Of a stretch of DNA of 39,137 bases, positions 6,309 through 16,938 are shown in pieces. Source of the stretch: a virus (lineage: Duplodnaviria; Caudoviricetes); IMG/VR virus record IMGVR_UViG_3300043772_000816, positions 1-39,137 of that record. One strand, 5' to 3'. The translations under genes and the position numbers were made by a program. How positions within the stretch are numbered: the stretch's first letter is position 1; the number at the start of each line of letters is the position of its first letter. The notes below the pieces were generated by a model. That model made no database searches, was not told the DNA's origin, and worked only from the letters and a program-made list of their open reading frames with translations.

Positions 6309-8097
6309 GGTCGAGGCGCGTCTCGGACGCCGATTCGTTTTTCCGAGACCGGATCGCGCTCCGATTTACGAGTGGGCGCGGAGGCATATTGTCCTTCCGG
6401 AGTCCTACGCAACTAGCGGACCGTTTAACGCGAAGATCACGCCGTGGCTGATGCCGATCTTCGACGCGCTCCAAGACCCGCTGATTCGGCGCGTACATTT
6501 CCGCAAAGCCGTGCAGATCGGCGGAACCTTGGTCGCCGACATTTGGATTCCTTGGCTTATCTGCAACGACGCCGGTCCTATCTCTTGGACGATGCAGACA
6601 GACGAAATGGTCGAGAAACATTGTAAGTCTCGGCTTAACCCGCTCCTCGAACGTTGTAAGCCGGTCGCGAGGCTACTACCAAAAATGGGACCGCAGAGGA
6701 CGCAGACCGAGATTTATTTCGGCGGGTTCTTTCTGACCCTCAATCCGGCTAATATCAGCACGCAGCAATCTCAGTCGATCCGGTACAAGGTGAACGACGA
6801 GATATGGCTCCCGAAGTGGCAGGACGTTTACGGTCACGCAATCGCTCGCGTATCGAAGTTTGAGGAGGTCGGACGGAGTAAGGTGTACAACGTCTCGCAA
6901 GCAGCCGTAATGGATGCGGAAACGGGTAACGTCGAAGACCTTTCCTACAGGAGCGGCGACCAACGCGAGTGGATGGCCGAATGTCCCGCGTGCCACAAGC
7001 TGCACGAAATCTCGTTTCTGAAGCGAGATGGGCGCGACGTCGTCGGCGGCGTCGTGTGGGATAAGTCGGCGAAGCGCGAGGACGACACCTTTGATATCCA
7101 GCGCGCCGTCGAGACTTGCCGCTTCCGCTGTTCGCACTGCGGGCACGAATCGCCTGACGAGGAAAGGACGCGCGCCGAGTGGCGGAAGACCGGCAGATTT
7201 GTCGCGACGAATACGCGCGCGCCGAGGGAACTGGTATCCTTCCGAATCGAGGCGCTTGTGAGTCGACCGATGAAGCTCCTTGTCGAAGAGTTTTGCGAGG
7301 CGCATAACCACGCCATCCGAGTCGGCGATACGACTTCGATGCAAGAGTTCCGAACCAAGCGCGAAGCTAAGCCGTGGCTAATGGAGCGGCGCGTGCTGAA
7401 CGTCTTCGTCCCGAAGGGAGATTACGCGGTAGCTGACTACGATAAGGGACAGCCTATGCCGAACGAGGTACTGCGGATGATGGCTATCGACAGGCAGCTA
7501 GATCACTGGTGGGTCGAGATCGGAGCCTTCGCCAACGAGCCGCGCCAGCACTACCGGCAGTTGTATTTCGGGCGCGTCGATACGCGCGCAGGGCTACGGC
7601 TTCTCCAGAAGCGGTACAAGATTCCGGATCAATGCGTGGCGCAGGACAGAGGCTACCGACCCGCAGATGTCGATCACGACTCAGCCGAGTTCGGGTGGCG
7701 TTCGATGCGTGGCTACGGGCGACGGACTTGGGCGCTACGCGATGACGCCAGCGGACAGGTAATTAACTTCCCGTTCTCCGAGCCGCACGTATCCGACTTC
7801 AGAGGAGGCGACGTCTACTTCTACAACTTCAGCGGCGATTACTTCAAGGACGTCCTTCAGACCGCGCTAGAGAACAAAGGCGATCTGCGGTGGGAACTCC
7901 CGAGCGATGTCAACCCGCTGTACCTAGAGCACCTTAAAGGCGAAGCCAAAGTCGAGGTTAGGTCGGGCGTTTGGGAGTGGCGCGAGGTAAAGCACAACGC
8001 GCCCAATCACGGTCTCGATACCAGCGCGATGCTGCTCTGTATGGCGACCATCGCGAACGTCTTCAAATACGTTCCGCCCAAAGAGGTAGCCCAATAG
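6301..8097 (+). CDS. terL: Terminase large subunit, lambda GpA family
   Basis: EWARRH...GPF...TPW, KAVQIGGT (GpA-type Walker A), YKVNDEI Walker B, GDQREW..ECPAC...RCSHCG zinc region, C-terminal NHGLD nuclease motif. Confidence 0.93.
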   Translation: MSEVEARLGRRFVFPRPDRAPIYEWARRHIVLPESYATSGPFNAKITPWLMPIFDALQDPLIRRVHFRKAVQIGGTLVADIWIPWLICNDAGPISWTMQTDEMVEKHCKSRLNPLLERCKPVARLLPKMGPQRTQTEIYFGGFFLTLNPANISTQQSQSIRYKVNDEIWLPKWQDVYGHAIARVSKFEEVGRSKVYNVSQAAVMDAETGNVEDLSYRSGDQREWMAECPACHKLHEISFLKRDGRDVVGGVVWDKSAKREDDTFDIQRAVETCRFRCSHCGHESPDEERTRAEWRKTGRFVATNTRAPRELVSFRIEALVSRPMKLLVEEFCEAHNHAIRVGDTTSMQEFRTKREAKPWLMERRVLNVFVPKGDYAVADYDKGQPMPNEVLRMMAIDRQLDHWWVEIGAFANEPRQHYRQLYFGRVDTRAGLRLLQKRYKIPDQCVAQDRGYRPADVDHDSAEFGWRSMRGYGRRTWALRDDASGQVINFPFSEPHVSDFRGGDVYFYNFSGDYFKDVLQTALENKGDLRWELPSDVNPLYLEHLKGEAKVEVRSGVWEWREVKHNAPNHGLDTSAMLLCMATIANVFKYVPPKEVAQ

Positions 8098-8131
8098 TCA
8101 AAGTGGCTTTTGACGGAGGCGGCTTTTGGAA

Positions 8132-8374
8132 ATGGCCGCGCTGTCTAATCCTTTCTTCGGCATTGATGTTGGCACGCTCAACACGCTGAAGACGAAGACG
8201 CTGGAGGCGATCCAAGCCGTCCTGCTGAATCAGAGCTACAGCCTCAACGGGAAATCCGTCAATCGGGCGGACCTCGACAAGCTGAATATGATGCTCGGGC
8301 AGCTGCAGTCTGCTATCGACGACGCAAACGGAATCACCACGACGACGTCGTTCGTCAGCTTCAACGGCTTCTGA
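8132..8374 (+). CDS. Head completion protein, gpW-like
   Basis: Between terL and portal; QSYSLNGKSVNRADL. Confidence 0.75.
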   Translation: MAALSNPFFGIDVGTLNTLKTKTLEAIQAVLLNQSYSLNGKSVNRADLDKLNMMLGQLQSAIDDANGITTTTSFVSFNGF

Positions 8375-8376
8375 CG

Positions 8377-10545
8377 ATGAGCAACCTCCCGACTTTTGAC
8401 GCCTCGCAAGTCATCTCGAATCGTCCTTGGTACGAGCGGGCGCTCGAAGCGGTGGCGCCGACCTATGCGTTGAAGCGGCTGGAGGCGCGCGTGCAGCGCG
8501 AACTGTTCTCGTACAACGCCAGCGTCACAAATCGGATTTACGCACCGCGAACCTACGGACAGCCGAGCGAGTCGGCGCAGACCACGCGCTCTCGCGTCGT
8601 GATGATGTGGGAGGCGCGGGAGCTGGTGGAGAACGTGCCGCAGGCTCGGGCAATCTCGCGCAAGTTCGGTCAGTTCCTGACGCCGACGGAATACAGCGCT
8701 GCGACCGGGGACAAGGACTACAACGCGCAGGTAAATGAGTTCTTCCACAACTGGTGCAAGTATTGCGATATTAGCGGGCGGCACAGCTTTCGGAAGCTGA
8801 TCCAGCTGGCGTGCGAAGAGCGCCCGGTCGATGGCGACTGCGGCTTTGCGATCCGGCGCTTCGACGAGGGTCTGAAGATTCAGATGATCCCGGCGACCCG
8901 AATCGGTAACCCGAACGAGATCGGAGCCGAGTCGAACAACTATTATCAGGGCGTCATCGTGGATGAGTTCGGGCGCCCGGTCGCGTATCGAATTTACCGG
9001 GTCACGCGCGAGGGCGTGTATTTCGGAGCCGAGGACATTCCGGCTTCCTCCTTCTGCCACTACTTCGATCCGTTCCGGTCGGATCAGATGCGCGGCATCA
9101 CGGACTTCCATTGCACCGAGCGGACGATCCGGATGCTCAACGAGATTCTCGAAGCCGAGAAAGCGGGCGTCCGGTTCGCAAGCCAGCAGGCTGCGCTGGT
9201 GTTCTCCGACCGAGGCAGCGCGAATCCGCGCAACCTCTTCACTCCCGGTCCTCCGAACCAAGTCCTGCCGAACGGTCAGGAGCAGCAGAACGAGTTCAGC
9301 CAAGTCGCGACCATCCGGTACTTCGGGACGGCGGACAAGGTCGAGGTAATGCCGTCGCGTCCCTCGAACGCCTTCGCGGGATTCATCGCGCATCTGATGC
9401 ACGAAATCTCTATTGGGACCGGCATCCCGCAGGGCGTCCTCTTCGGCACAGAGGACTACACCGGACCGAGCGTGCGCGCCGAGTTCGCCGCCGCTGACCG
9501 CGTGTTCCATCGCCATCAGGGCGTGCTGCAGGACAAAGTTCTCGACCCGATCAAGAACGCGGTGCTGCTCGACGCGATTGCCCGACAGGAATTGCCGCCG
9601 CCTCCACTTCAGAATGGCGAGACGATGGTGCAGGCGCTCCGTCGTGCTACCCGTGGCGAGTGGAGATTCCCGCCCAAGCTGACCATCGACGTTGGCCGCG
9701 AGAGCGCAGCCAATATGGCAGAGAACCGCCAAGGCGCGAAGTCCCTGCAAGAGATCGCCTCGCAGGAGGGAACCGATGCGTTCGCTCGGCTAGAGCAGAT
9801 TGCCGCCGAGGCTGCGTACATCAAAGAACTCTCGCAGCGTTACGGGATTCCCGAGACCGCGATCCGTATGGTCACGCAGCAGCTTCCCGCAAATCCCGCG
9901 ATGGCCGCCGCGCTCGGCACCGAGGTTACCAACGACGCCGTCGAGGCGGTCAATGCGACTACCGGCAAGGGCTCGCCGACCGCTACTGTTCCGACGGAAG
10001 GCAGCACCGAGGCGGCGCCGGTTTCAACCGAGGAGCCGGTATCCGCTGACGAAGCGCTGTCGCAGACTATCGAGGTCAACTTCGCCGAGAATACATACGT
10101 GCCGACGAAGCAGATGGCGGATAACGCGAGGCGGGCGCTTGCGGTGCGCGAGAAGAAACCCGCGTCGCAGCGCGGTATGACCGCCGTAGGACTAGCGCGC
10201 GCGCGCGATCTGCAAAACCGCAAACCTCTCAGCGAGGAAACCGTGCGGCGGATGAAGGCGTATTTTGACCGACACGAAGTCGATAAGAAGGGCGAAACGT
10301 GGTCGCAGCAAGGAAAGGGCTGGCAGGCGTGGATGGGCTGGGGCGGCGACGCCGGTCGGACTTGGGCTAACGCAATCGTCGAGCGGCTGAACTCGCGCGA
10401 GGAAAACTCCGCGCCAGCGCCGACCGTAACGCTCGAAAGTCCGGTCGAGGTCGATGCAGGGCTTCGCAAGCTGTCGGCTAAGGACTGGCTCGATGCCATC
10501 GCTATGATGCGGTCGCATACGCCTGTCGAAACGAAGCAGACTTAA
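8377..10545 (+). CDS. Portal protein (lambda family) with C-terminal extension
   Basis: ARELVEN, DGDCGF, QGVIVDEFGRPVAYRI, HYFDPFRSDQMRGI, W..P....ID..RE..A; about 190 extra C-terminal residues. Confidence 0.92.
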   Translation: MSNLPTFDASQVISNRPWYERALEAVAPTYALKRLEARVQRELFSYNASVTNRIYAPRTYGQPSESAQTTRSRVVMMWEARELVENVPQARAISRKFGQFLTPTEYSAATGDKDYNAQVNEFFHNWCKYCDISGRHSFRKLIQLACEERPVDGDCGFAIRRFDEGLKIQMIPATRIGNPNEIGAESNNYYQGVIVDEFGRPVAYRIYRVTREGVYFGAEDIPASSFCHYFDPFRSDQMRGITDFHCTERTIRMLNEILEAEKAGVRFASQQAALVFSDRGSANPRNLFTPGPPNQVLPNGQEQQNEFSQVATIRYFGTADKVEVMPSRPSNAFAGFIAHLMHEISIGTGIPQGVLFGTEDYTGPSVRAEFAAADRVFHRHQGVLQDKVLDPIKNAVLLDAIARQELPPPPLQNGETMVQALRRATRGEWRFPPKLTIDVGRESAANMAENRQGAKSLQEIASQEGTDAFARLEQIAAEAAYIKELSQRYGIPETAIRMVTQQLPANPAMAAALGTEVTNDAVEAVNATTGKGSPTATVPTEGSTEAAPVSTEEPVSADEALSQTIEVNFAENTYVPTKQMADNARRALAVREKKPASQRGMTAVGLARARDLQNRKPLSEETVRRMKAYFDRHEVDKKGETWSQQGKGWQAWMGWGGDAGRTWANAIVERLNSREENSAPAPTVTLESPVEVDAGLRKLSAKDWLDAIAMMRSHTPVETKQT

Positions 10546-10553
10546 AAACCGAA

Positions 10554-13500
10554 ATGGAAACCAAGCAGCAGATCGACCACCTCATTGAGCTTGCGATTGT
10601 TCAGCGCGCCGAACTCAAGCGGCTCGTTGAGCAGCTTCCGATCCTTCGGACGTTCCTGCTGGAGCAGATCAACGCGACCATCGAGGATATGGAGCCGCAA
10701 CTGCGCTCCGATCTGATCGAGTTCTGCGACGAGAAGACGAACGGGAAGATCGAGGACATCCGCAACTTCTTCTCCGAGGCAAAGGGCGAGTTCGCAAAGA
10801 AGAGCGAAGCCTTCTTCATCGAACTAGAGAAGGGCGTGCAGGCTCGGTACGCGCAGTTGGCGGCGGAGCGTGCGCTCGTCAGCGACTTCGCAGAGGATGC
10901 TCGCAAGGGACTGGAAGTCGCAGCACAGCAGGAGGCGGCAAAGATTCCCGGCCAAGTTGCAGAGTTGGTAAAGACGGAGCTTGCTCGGTTCCCGCGCGCC
11001 GGGGAAATCGATCAGCTTCGGAAGGAGTTCGCCGAGCCGAAGGGACTGAACCCGCGCGGCAAGTGGAGCGCGAGCGAGACGTACAACAAGCTCGACCTCG
11101 TCGCGTTCAACGGCGACTCGTTCGTGTCGAACATCGACGGGAACACCGAGAAGCCGGGACGCAACAGCAAGGTCTGGACGCTTTCGGCGGCGCGTGGATC
11201 GAGCGTAGGTGGCGGCGGGATCACCTCGCTCAACGACATTTACGGCACGCCTGCGGAGGGCGAGTTGCTGATCGGCAACGGAAGTTCCTTCGTGAGCAAC
11301 ACGCTCACGGCTGGCGCGAACGTCACGATCACGAACACTCCCGGCAACATCACCATTTCGGCTACGGGTGGTGGCGGCGGCGGCGCGGCTGAGACTCTGA
11401 CCGCTTCCGTTGTGAACGCCGAGAGCGTCGCGATCACAAAGGGCCAAGTGGTCTATCTGTTCGGCGCGACTGGCTTCCGGCCCTCGGTCAAGCTGGCGTA
11501 CAACACCAGCGACGCGACCTCGGCAAAAACGTTTGGCGTAGTCTCCTCGGCTAGCATCGCAGCGAACGGAATCGGAACTGTTACCTGTGTCGGCGTAGTC
11601 GATGGGCTTAACCTTGGAGCGTACAACGAAGGCGATACCCTGTACCTCGGCGCGACTCCCGGCTCGTTCACGGCGACCAAGCCGTATGCGCCGAACCATC
11701 TCGTCTACGTCGGCATCGTAGAGCGCGCAAACGCCGGGAACGGCGAACTGTATGTCCGAGTCCAGAACGGCTACGAGCTAGACGAAATCCACGACGTTCT
11801 GATCAGCAGCCCGACCAACGGTCAGGTGCTTGGGTATGACTTCGCGACGAGCCTCTGGAAGAACAGCAGCACGGCGACGCTGAGTGCGGTGACGGGACCG
11901 ACCTCGACCAACCTTACGCTGACTGGCGGGTCAAGTGGCGCGTCGCTGGTGCTAGGTCAGGGCGCAAATAGCAACGTAACGATCACGCCTCCCGGTACGG
12001 GCGAAATCCACATCGGCACGCAGATGCGGATTTACCCGACCGTTAATGGGTATGCGTCATTTGGTGGGGACGTAGTGCTTGGAACGTATTCGAATCACTC
12101 GGTTAATTTTTATCAGAATGGTGGAGAGAAGGCGCGGTTTAGCACCGGAGGCAACCTGCTGATCGGAGGGTTCACCGACATTCCCGGCAGCGGTGGGCTC
12201 AAGGTCTATGGCACAACCAACTCGTCGAGCGCCATCACGGGTTCGCTGCTCGTCGGCAACGGCACTAACGGTGGCTTGGGCGTTAGCCAAAACATCTACG
12301 CTGGTGGCGACATCGTAAGCACCAAGTCCAACGGGACGGTGAAATCTAGCGCGACGAATGCCAATGCATCGGTGGCTGCGGAACGTCTAGGAACGTCGCC
12401 GTCTTCCGTGTCGCTGATCGGAGCGGTCTCGCAGCCTCAACTTTCGTTCGCCTCGGACACGGCGGCGTCGTACACTTGGGGACGCATCCTGTCCAACGGC
12501 TCGGAAATCGTTCGGGTCTACAATGCAAACCTTGGGTCGATTGCCGACGTAGCTGGGTCTGGCATCGCGGTATCGGGTGGCATCAACAGCACGGGCACCG
12601 TCACCGCCAACAACTTTGCGCTCGGCACCGGAGGTCCGTCTGTGGCTGCAACGCAGAACGCGCGCGCGTCGCGGCAGGGATTGATCTCGCAAGGAACGTC
12701 GAGCGCCAATGTCGGAACTTTCGCCGCGTTCGGCACGGGAGATTACACGGCACAGGTTTGGGTGCGGCTTACTACGCCGACTGCGGCGAACGTCTTTCTG
12801 CGGATCGGTCAGGGCGGTATCGCGCAGTCGTGGGAATTTGGCACCACCGACTCGACACCGGCAGGACGGTTGTGCGTGCGGAATGCCAATGCTGGGGCAC
12901 AGCTTTTCGGCAGCACGATATTGCAGGCAAATACCGTGTATTGCGTGACTGCGGTGCGCGCGTCCGGCGTTACGACGATCTATCTTAATGGCTTATCTGA
13001 TGGATCGGGCACGTTAGCAACCGACTACACTAACGCTATTGGCGGACTGACGGTAATGCCGTCTGCTGGATTTATCGGAACGCCGTTGATCTACAACCGC
13101 GCCCTTTCCGCTGCCGAAGTGCGCGCGCTGTACGAGTCGGGTGCGCCTGCGGATACGGATTACAACAACGCCAACAATACCACCAATCTCGTAACCAACG
13201 GAGACTTTTCTTCGGCTACTGGATGGACGGTCCCTGCCGGAGTTTCGATTACCGGCGGTCAGGCGGTATTTACCGCTGCACCCGGCGGCGCACTTTTCAC
13301 TCAAGTGGCGCAAACGGTAGGCCGACGCTATCGTTGTACCTACACCATCTCTGGCCTATCTGCTGGTGGAGTGCGATTTTTCCTAGGCGGTACAAGTTCG
13401 GGCACCGCAGTTGCGCCGACTCGTACTGCAAACGGAACGTACATCGAGGAAATCACGGCGGTAGCGATCACCGGAATTGCTGTTGGCGGGATCGATATCT

Positions 13501-16259
13501 CGTCGCCCAACTTCACCGGCAACGTAGACAACATCTCCGTCTATCCCATCGGGCTGATGCTCGCTCCCGACGCCAACCAGCCGGGTAGCGGGAACCTGTG
13601 GTACGACACCTCTGGGAACAGCGCAACCATCACGCTTCCAGCCAGCGGCGTTAATTGGAACGTGCGGACGAGCGGTTACAACCCACAGGTCTCGTCGGTC
13701 AATGGCAGCTTGGGATTCATTGCCCGCAACAATAGTCAGGGCAACGCGGCGGTTGCCGCCATCGACCTACAGAACGAGTTCGGAGCGTCCTATGGGTTTG
13801 GTATGCGTTACTTCGGCAACAGCTTTACCCAAGTAAACGCCTACCGCGCCAACCGTGGTCTCTTGTACGGAGCGTTTGACCTCAACTTCCTGTCCGGCCA
13901 ATACAAGTTTTGGTTCGGCACGACAGGTGCCGCCATTGATAACTCGACTGCTTACGAGGGCTTCAACATCTACGGGCCGTCGATCAACAGCGGGACCGTT
14001 ACCGTTCTGTTTACGACGCCATCCTCCGCATTCGGCACCGGCGCGTTGATCGTTGGCGGTGGTGCTAGCTACGGCGGCGCGATCTTCAGTCAGCAGAACA
14101 GCAACTCCATCGTCACCGGGACGAACATTGCCAACACGAACCAAGGCACGGCAGCGACGCTGCGCCACACGCTGACGGCAGGGACGAACACCAGCACCAT
14201 CGAGGCGTACAGCAACGGGCACGCGACGTTCCCCGGTCGCCTGCGGTTCGGCACGCCCAACGGGCAGATGGACTTCGTTCCGTCTGGCGTGCTCGGGATG
14301 AGCGTCTCGGCGTCGGGCGTCACGGTGCCGAATCCGCTGACGGTCAGCGCAACCTCTGGCGGATCATTCATTGGTGACGGTGGCGCGGCAGTCGCTTCGC
14401 GGCAGCTTACGGTCCGCAGCATCAACGGGTCTGCGTTCCGTACCGTCGCGTCGTTCGTCAACGACATCACCGGCGCTGGAGCAACGACCAGCATTGAACT
14501 CATATCGGATGGCGTCACCGGACTGGCTCAAGTGTTCGGGCCTACCTACGGTACTGCGGCCTACGCTAACGGCGCGTTCCTCGTAAACGGTGCCGCCAAT
14601 GGTGTGGTCGGCTTGTCGGCTCACGGCGCTGGTGGGTTTATCCGCTTCGTCCAGCAGGCGTTCGGCAATGAGGTCGCACGGTTCGCGCCGACGAGCGCCA
14701 ACTTGCTGATCGGCGGCACGACAGACATTGCTGGGAGCAGCGGGCTTAAGGTCTTCGGAGGTACTCAATCTGTAGACAACATTAGCGGCGCGCTTCAAGT
14801 TGTGGGTGGGGTAGGGATTGGCGGTAACATCAATATGGGTGGCCGGTTGTTCGTGAACAATACCGGCGCCGCTAATGGAGCGTTGAGTGCGTCTGCCGTT
14901 GTTGCGACTTTCGGTGCAGATGCGACTTTAGGAGGGCTGAGCTTTAACGTTAAGGGATTCCCGTCAGCTACCGCCGGGAGCCGCTATGTCCAACTGACTG
15001 CGGCTGATACCCTCGATTTCCGCGAGCTTCGGATCAATGATCTAGGAGGTAACGTAGGGATCGGTGGTTCCAGCAGCACGATCACCGTAGGCGGAACGCT
15101 CATCGCCAACGCTGCGACCAACGCCTTCCGCATCCCTACCGCGCAGACGCCCGCCTCGCAGACGGCGTCCGGCACGCAGGGCCAGATCACTTGGGACGCC
15201 TCGTACCTGTACGTCTGCACCTCGACGAACAACTGGGGACGTAGCTCGCTCAACTGGGCAGGCGGCGGCGGTGGATCGTCCGCGCAAGTGGACACGTACA
15301 CGACCACGGGCTCGGTGCTTAGTTGGACGAAGCCTGCTGGCGCCAAGATGGTGCTGATCGTCTGCCTAGGAGCCGGTGGCGGTGGCGGAGGCGGATGTGG
15401 TGGTGCAGCCGGGACGGCACGTAACGGTGGCGCTGGTTCTGGTGGCGGCGCACGAAACGAGGTCTGGGTGCGTGGCGATGATATGCCATCGACGGCTTAC
15501 GTTATCGTAGGTGCGGGCGGCGCTGGCGGCGCGGGTGGCGTATCTGGGTCGGGATCGGTAGGATCGGCGGGAGGAAACTCGACGGTTGCGCGCAACAACA
15601 CCAGCCCTCCGACATCCGGCATCCTCCTATTTGCTGGCGGTGGCGGTGGCGGTGGCGGTGGTGTATCGGGCACGGCGCAGGGCGGCGGGTCTGGAGGTGG
15701 TACGGCTGGCGCGGGATCGTCTAATCCGAGTTCGGCAAATCTGGCTGGCGGCGCTCCAAATGGATTCTCTGGCATTACGATGCAAGTGACCGGCGGTGCT
15801 GGCGGCTCGGGACGAAGCTCCGAAAACGACGGCGGAAGCGCGGAGTGGGGCGGTGGCGGCGGCGGCGGTAACCGTCAAGGCTCGGACTTCTCAGCGCGGG
15901 CCGGTGGCGATTCAGTCCACGGTGGAGGCGGTGGCGCGTGCGGAAGTGGCGTAAGCGCGGCAAATAACGGGCAGGGCGGAACGAACGCAGGTACGTCTGG
16001 GTTCTGGGGTTCGGGTGCTGGAAGCGGAACTAACGGAGCTACCGGAGGAACTGGAACTGCTGGTGATGCCTACACTCTGACGGGCAACGGCGGTGGCGGC
16101 GGCGGTGGCGGTGGTGCTGGTACTGGCGGAACTGGAGGTACTGGCGGCGCCGGTGGTCTTGGCGGCGGTGGTGGCGGTGGTGGCGGTGGTGGAACCTCGA
16201 CCGGCGGAACTGGCGGCGCTGGCGGCAATGGCGTCGTGATCATTACAACTTACTTCTAA
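10554..16259 (+). CDS. Giant virion fibre / adhesin (coiled coil, carbohydrate-binding-like, LamG-like and Gly-rich regions)
   Basis: 1901 aa; helical N-terminus, RGKWSASETYNKLDLVAFNGDSFVS, LamG-like YTAQVWVR...IYLNG...IYNRALSAAEVRALY, C-terminal WTKPAGAKMV...GAGGGGG...GVVIITTYF. Confidence 0.8.
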   Translation: METKQQIDHLIELAIVQRAELKRLVEQLPILRTFLLEQINATIEDMEPQLRSDLIEFCDEKTNGKIEDIRNFFSEAKGEFAKKSEAFFIELEKGVQARYAQLAAERALVSDFAEDARKGLEVAAQQEAAKIPGQVAELVKTELARFPRAGEIDQLRKEFAEPKGLNPRGKWSASETYNKLDLVAFNGDSFVSNIDGNTEKPGRNSKVWTLSAARGSSVGGGGITSLNDIYGTPAEGELLIGNGSSFVSNTLTAGANVTITNTPGNITISATGGGGGGAAETLTASVVNAESVAITKGQVVYLFGATGFRPSVKLAYNTSDATSAKTFGVVSSASIAANGIGTVTCVGVVDGLNLGAYNEGDTLYLGATPGSFTATKPYAPNHLVYVGIVERANAGNGELYVRVQNGYELDEIHDVLISSPTNGQVLGYDFATSLWKNSSTATLSAVTGPTSTNLTLTGGSSGASLVLGQGANSNVTITPPGTGEIHIGTQMRIYPTVNGYASFGGDVVLGTYSNHSVNFYQNGGEKARFSTGGNLLIGGFTDIPGSGGLKVYGTTNSSSAITGSLLVGNGTNGGLGVSQNIYAGGDIVSTKSNGTVKSSATNANASVAAERLGTSPSSVSLIGAVSQPQLSFASDTAASYTWGRILSNGSEIVRVYNANLGSIADVAGSGIAVSGGINSTGTVTANNFALGTGGPSVAATQNARASRQGLISQGTSSANVGTFAAFGTGDYTAQVWVRLTTPTAANVFLRIGQGGIAQSWEFGTTDSTPAGRLCVRNANAGAQLFGSTILQANTVYCVTAVRASGVTTIYLNGLSDGSGTLATDYTNAIGGLTVMPSAGFIGTPLIYNRALSAAEVRALYESGAPADTDYNNANNTTNLVTNGDFSSATGWTVPAGVSITGGQAVFTAAPGGALFTQVAQTVGRRYRCTYTISGLSAGGVRFFLGGTSSGTAVAPTRTANGTYIEEITAVAITGIAVGGIDISSPNFTGNVDNISVYPIGLMLAPDANQPGSGNLWYDTSGNSATITLPASGVNWNVRTSGYNPQVSSVNGSLGFIARNNSQGNAAVAAIDLQNEFGASYGFGMRYFGNSFTQVNAYRANRGLLYGAFDLNFLSGQYKFWFGTTGAAIDNSTAYEGFNIYGPSINSGTVTVLFTTPSSAFGTGALIVGGGASYGGAIFSQQNSNSIVTGTNIANTNQGTAATLRHTLTAGTNTSTIEAYSNGHATFPGRLRFGTPNGQMDFVPSGVLGMSVSASGVTVPNPLTVSATSGGSFIGDGGAAVASRQLTVRSINGSAFRTVASFVNDITGAGATTSIELISDGVTGLAQVFGPTYGTAAYANGAFLVNGAANGVVGLSAHGAGGFIRFVQQAFGNEVARFAPTSANLLIGGTTDIAGSSGLKVFGGTQSVDNISGALQVVGGVGIGGNINMGGRLFVNNTGAANGALSASAVVATFGADATLGGLSFNVKGFPSATAGSRYVQLTAADTLDFRELRINDLGGNVGIGGSSSTITVGGTLIANAATNAFRIPTAQTPASQTASGTQGQITWDASYLYVCTSTNNWGRSSLNWAGGGGGSSAQVDTYTTTGSVLSWTKPAGAKMVLIVCLGAGGGGGGGCGGAAGTARNGGAGSGGGARNEVWVRGDDMPSTAYVIVGAGGAGGAGGVSGSGSVGSAGGNSTVARNNTSPPTSGILLFAGGGGGGGGGVSGTAQGGGSGGGTAGAGSSNPSSANLAGGAPNGFSGITMQVTGGAGGSGRSSENDGGSAEWGGGGGGGNRQGSDFSARAGGDSVHGGGGGACGSGVSAANNGQGGTNAGTSGFWGSGAGSGTNGATGGTGTAGDAYTLTGNGGGGGGGGGAGTGGTGGTGGAGGLGGGGGGGGGGGTSTGGTGGAGGNGVVIITTYF

Positions 16260-16260
16260 G

Positions 16261-16614
16261 ATGCAGATCAACCGAGCGCAGAAACTGTTCAGCCAGAGTC
16301 CCGACCCGATCACATCACAGGGTTGGGAGTTCGTTACCGCCGAGCAATGGAACGAGCTTGTCGCATCAGGATGGATTCCAACTGAGTATGCGCCACCCTA
16401 TCGCGTGAGTAAGGACACCATCGTGTCACGGGTGAACGACGCGAACAAGATTCCCGACCTGATGACGCTGCTCGCTTCGTTGCCAGCCGAGCAGCAGTTC
16501 CTCTGGGACAACTTCGCGTGGTTCTGGAGCACGAACCCGACGATCATTGGGATGTGCCAGCAACTCGGGCTTGATCCCGCCGTCATCCTTGCCTCCGACC
16601 CGTACCTCGTCTGA
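16261..16614 (+). CDS. Hypothetical protein, possible fibre chaperone
   Basis: Starts 1 nt after the fibre stop codon; position only. Confidence 0.6.
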   Translation: MQINRAQKLFSQSPDPITSQGWEFVTAEQWNELVASGWIPTEYAPPYRVSKDTIVSRVNDANKIPDLMTLLASLPAEQQFLWDNFAWFWSTNPTIIGMCQQLGLDPAVILASDPYLV

Positions 16615-16647
16615 TCCATTTCTCGATTTACCAACTCACCCAATAAT

Positions 16648-16917
16648 ATGGAAACGCTCATCGCTATCGATCCGGTCACGATCTGGACGCCGACCGGCAC
16701 CAAGACCGCCGTTAACTTCGGCGTTCGCTACGTCAATTATCAGAACGGTCCCGCCGTTGCCGACACCGTGTTGCTCGCCGCTGACGGCAGCGAGGTCGCT
16801 ACGCAACTGGTGCAGGCTACCACCGAGCAGACGGAGCAATGGAACGGCGACGACGACGTTCCGTTCTACACCGTCCTCGCGCAGAACGCCGGTTTGACTC
16901 CTGTCGTCACAGCGTGA
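16648..16917 (+). CDS. Hypothetical virion-associated protein
   Basis: 89-aa acidic beta-rich ORF with coding-like codon usage. Confidence 0.65.
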   Translation: METLIAIDPVTIWTPTGTKTAVNFGVRYVNYQNGPAVADTVLLAADGSEVATQLVQATTEQTEQWNGDDDVPFYTVLAQNAGLTPVVTA

Positions 16918-16938
16918 TTTGACGCGCTGAGGTGATTT

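Noticed and set aside
8236-9750. Long minus-strand ORFs (504 aa here; also 10824-11699, 34347-35261, 24657-25376)
   Set aside because: They are shadows of well-supported plus-strand genes in GC-rich DNA and carry no recognisable motifs.
12130-14760. Diversity-generating retroelement template and variable repeats in the fibre gene
   Set aside because: No reverse transcriptase is present, and differences between the repeats are not confined to adenines.
15370-16235. GGC/GGT tandem repeats as a repeat array or CRISPR
   Set aside because: They encode the Gly-rich C-terminus of the fibre; there is no repeat-spacer periodicity.
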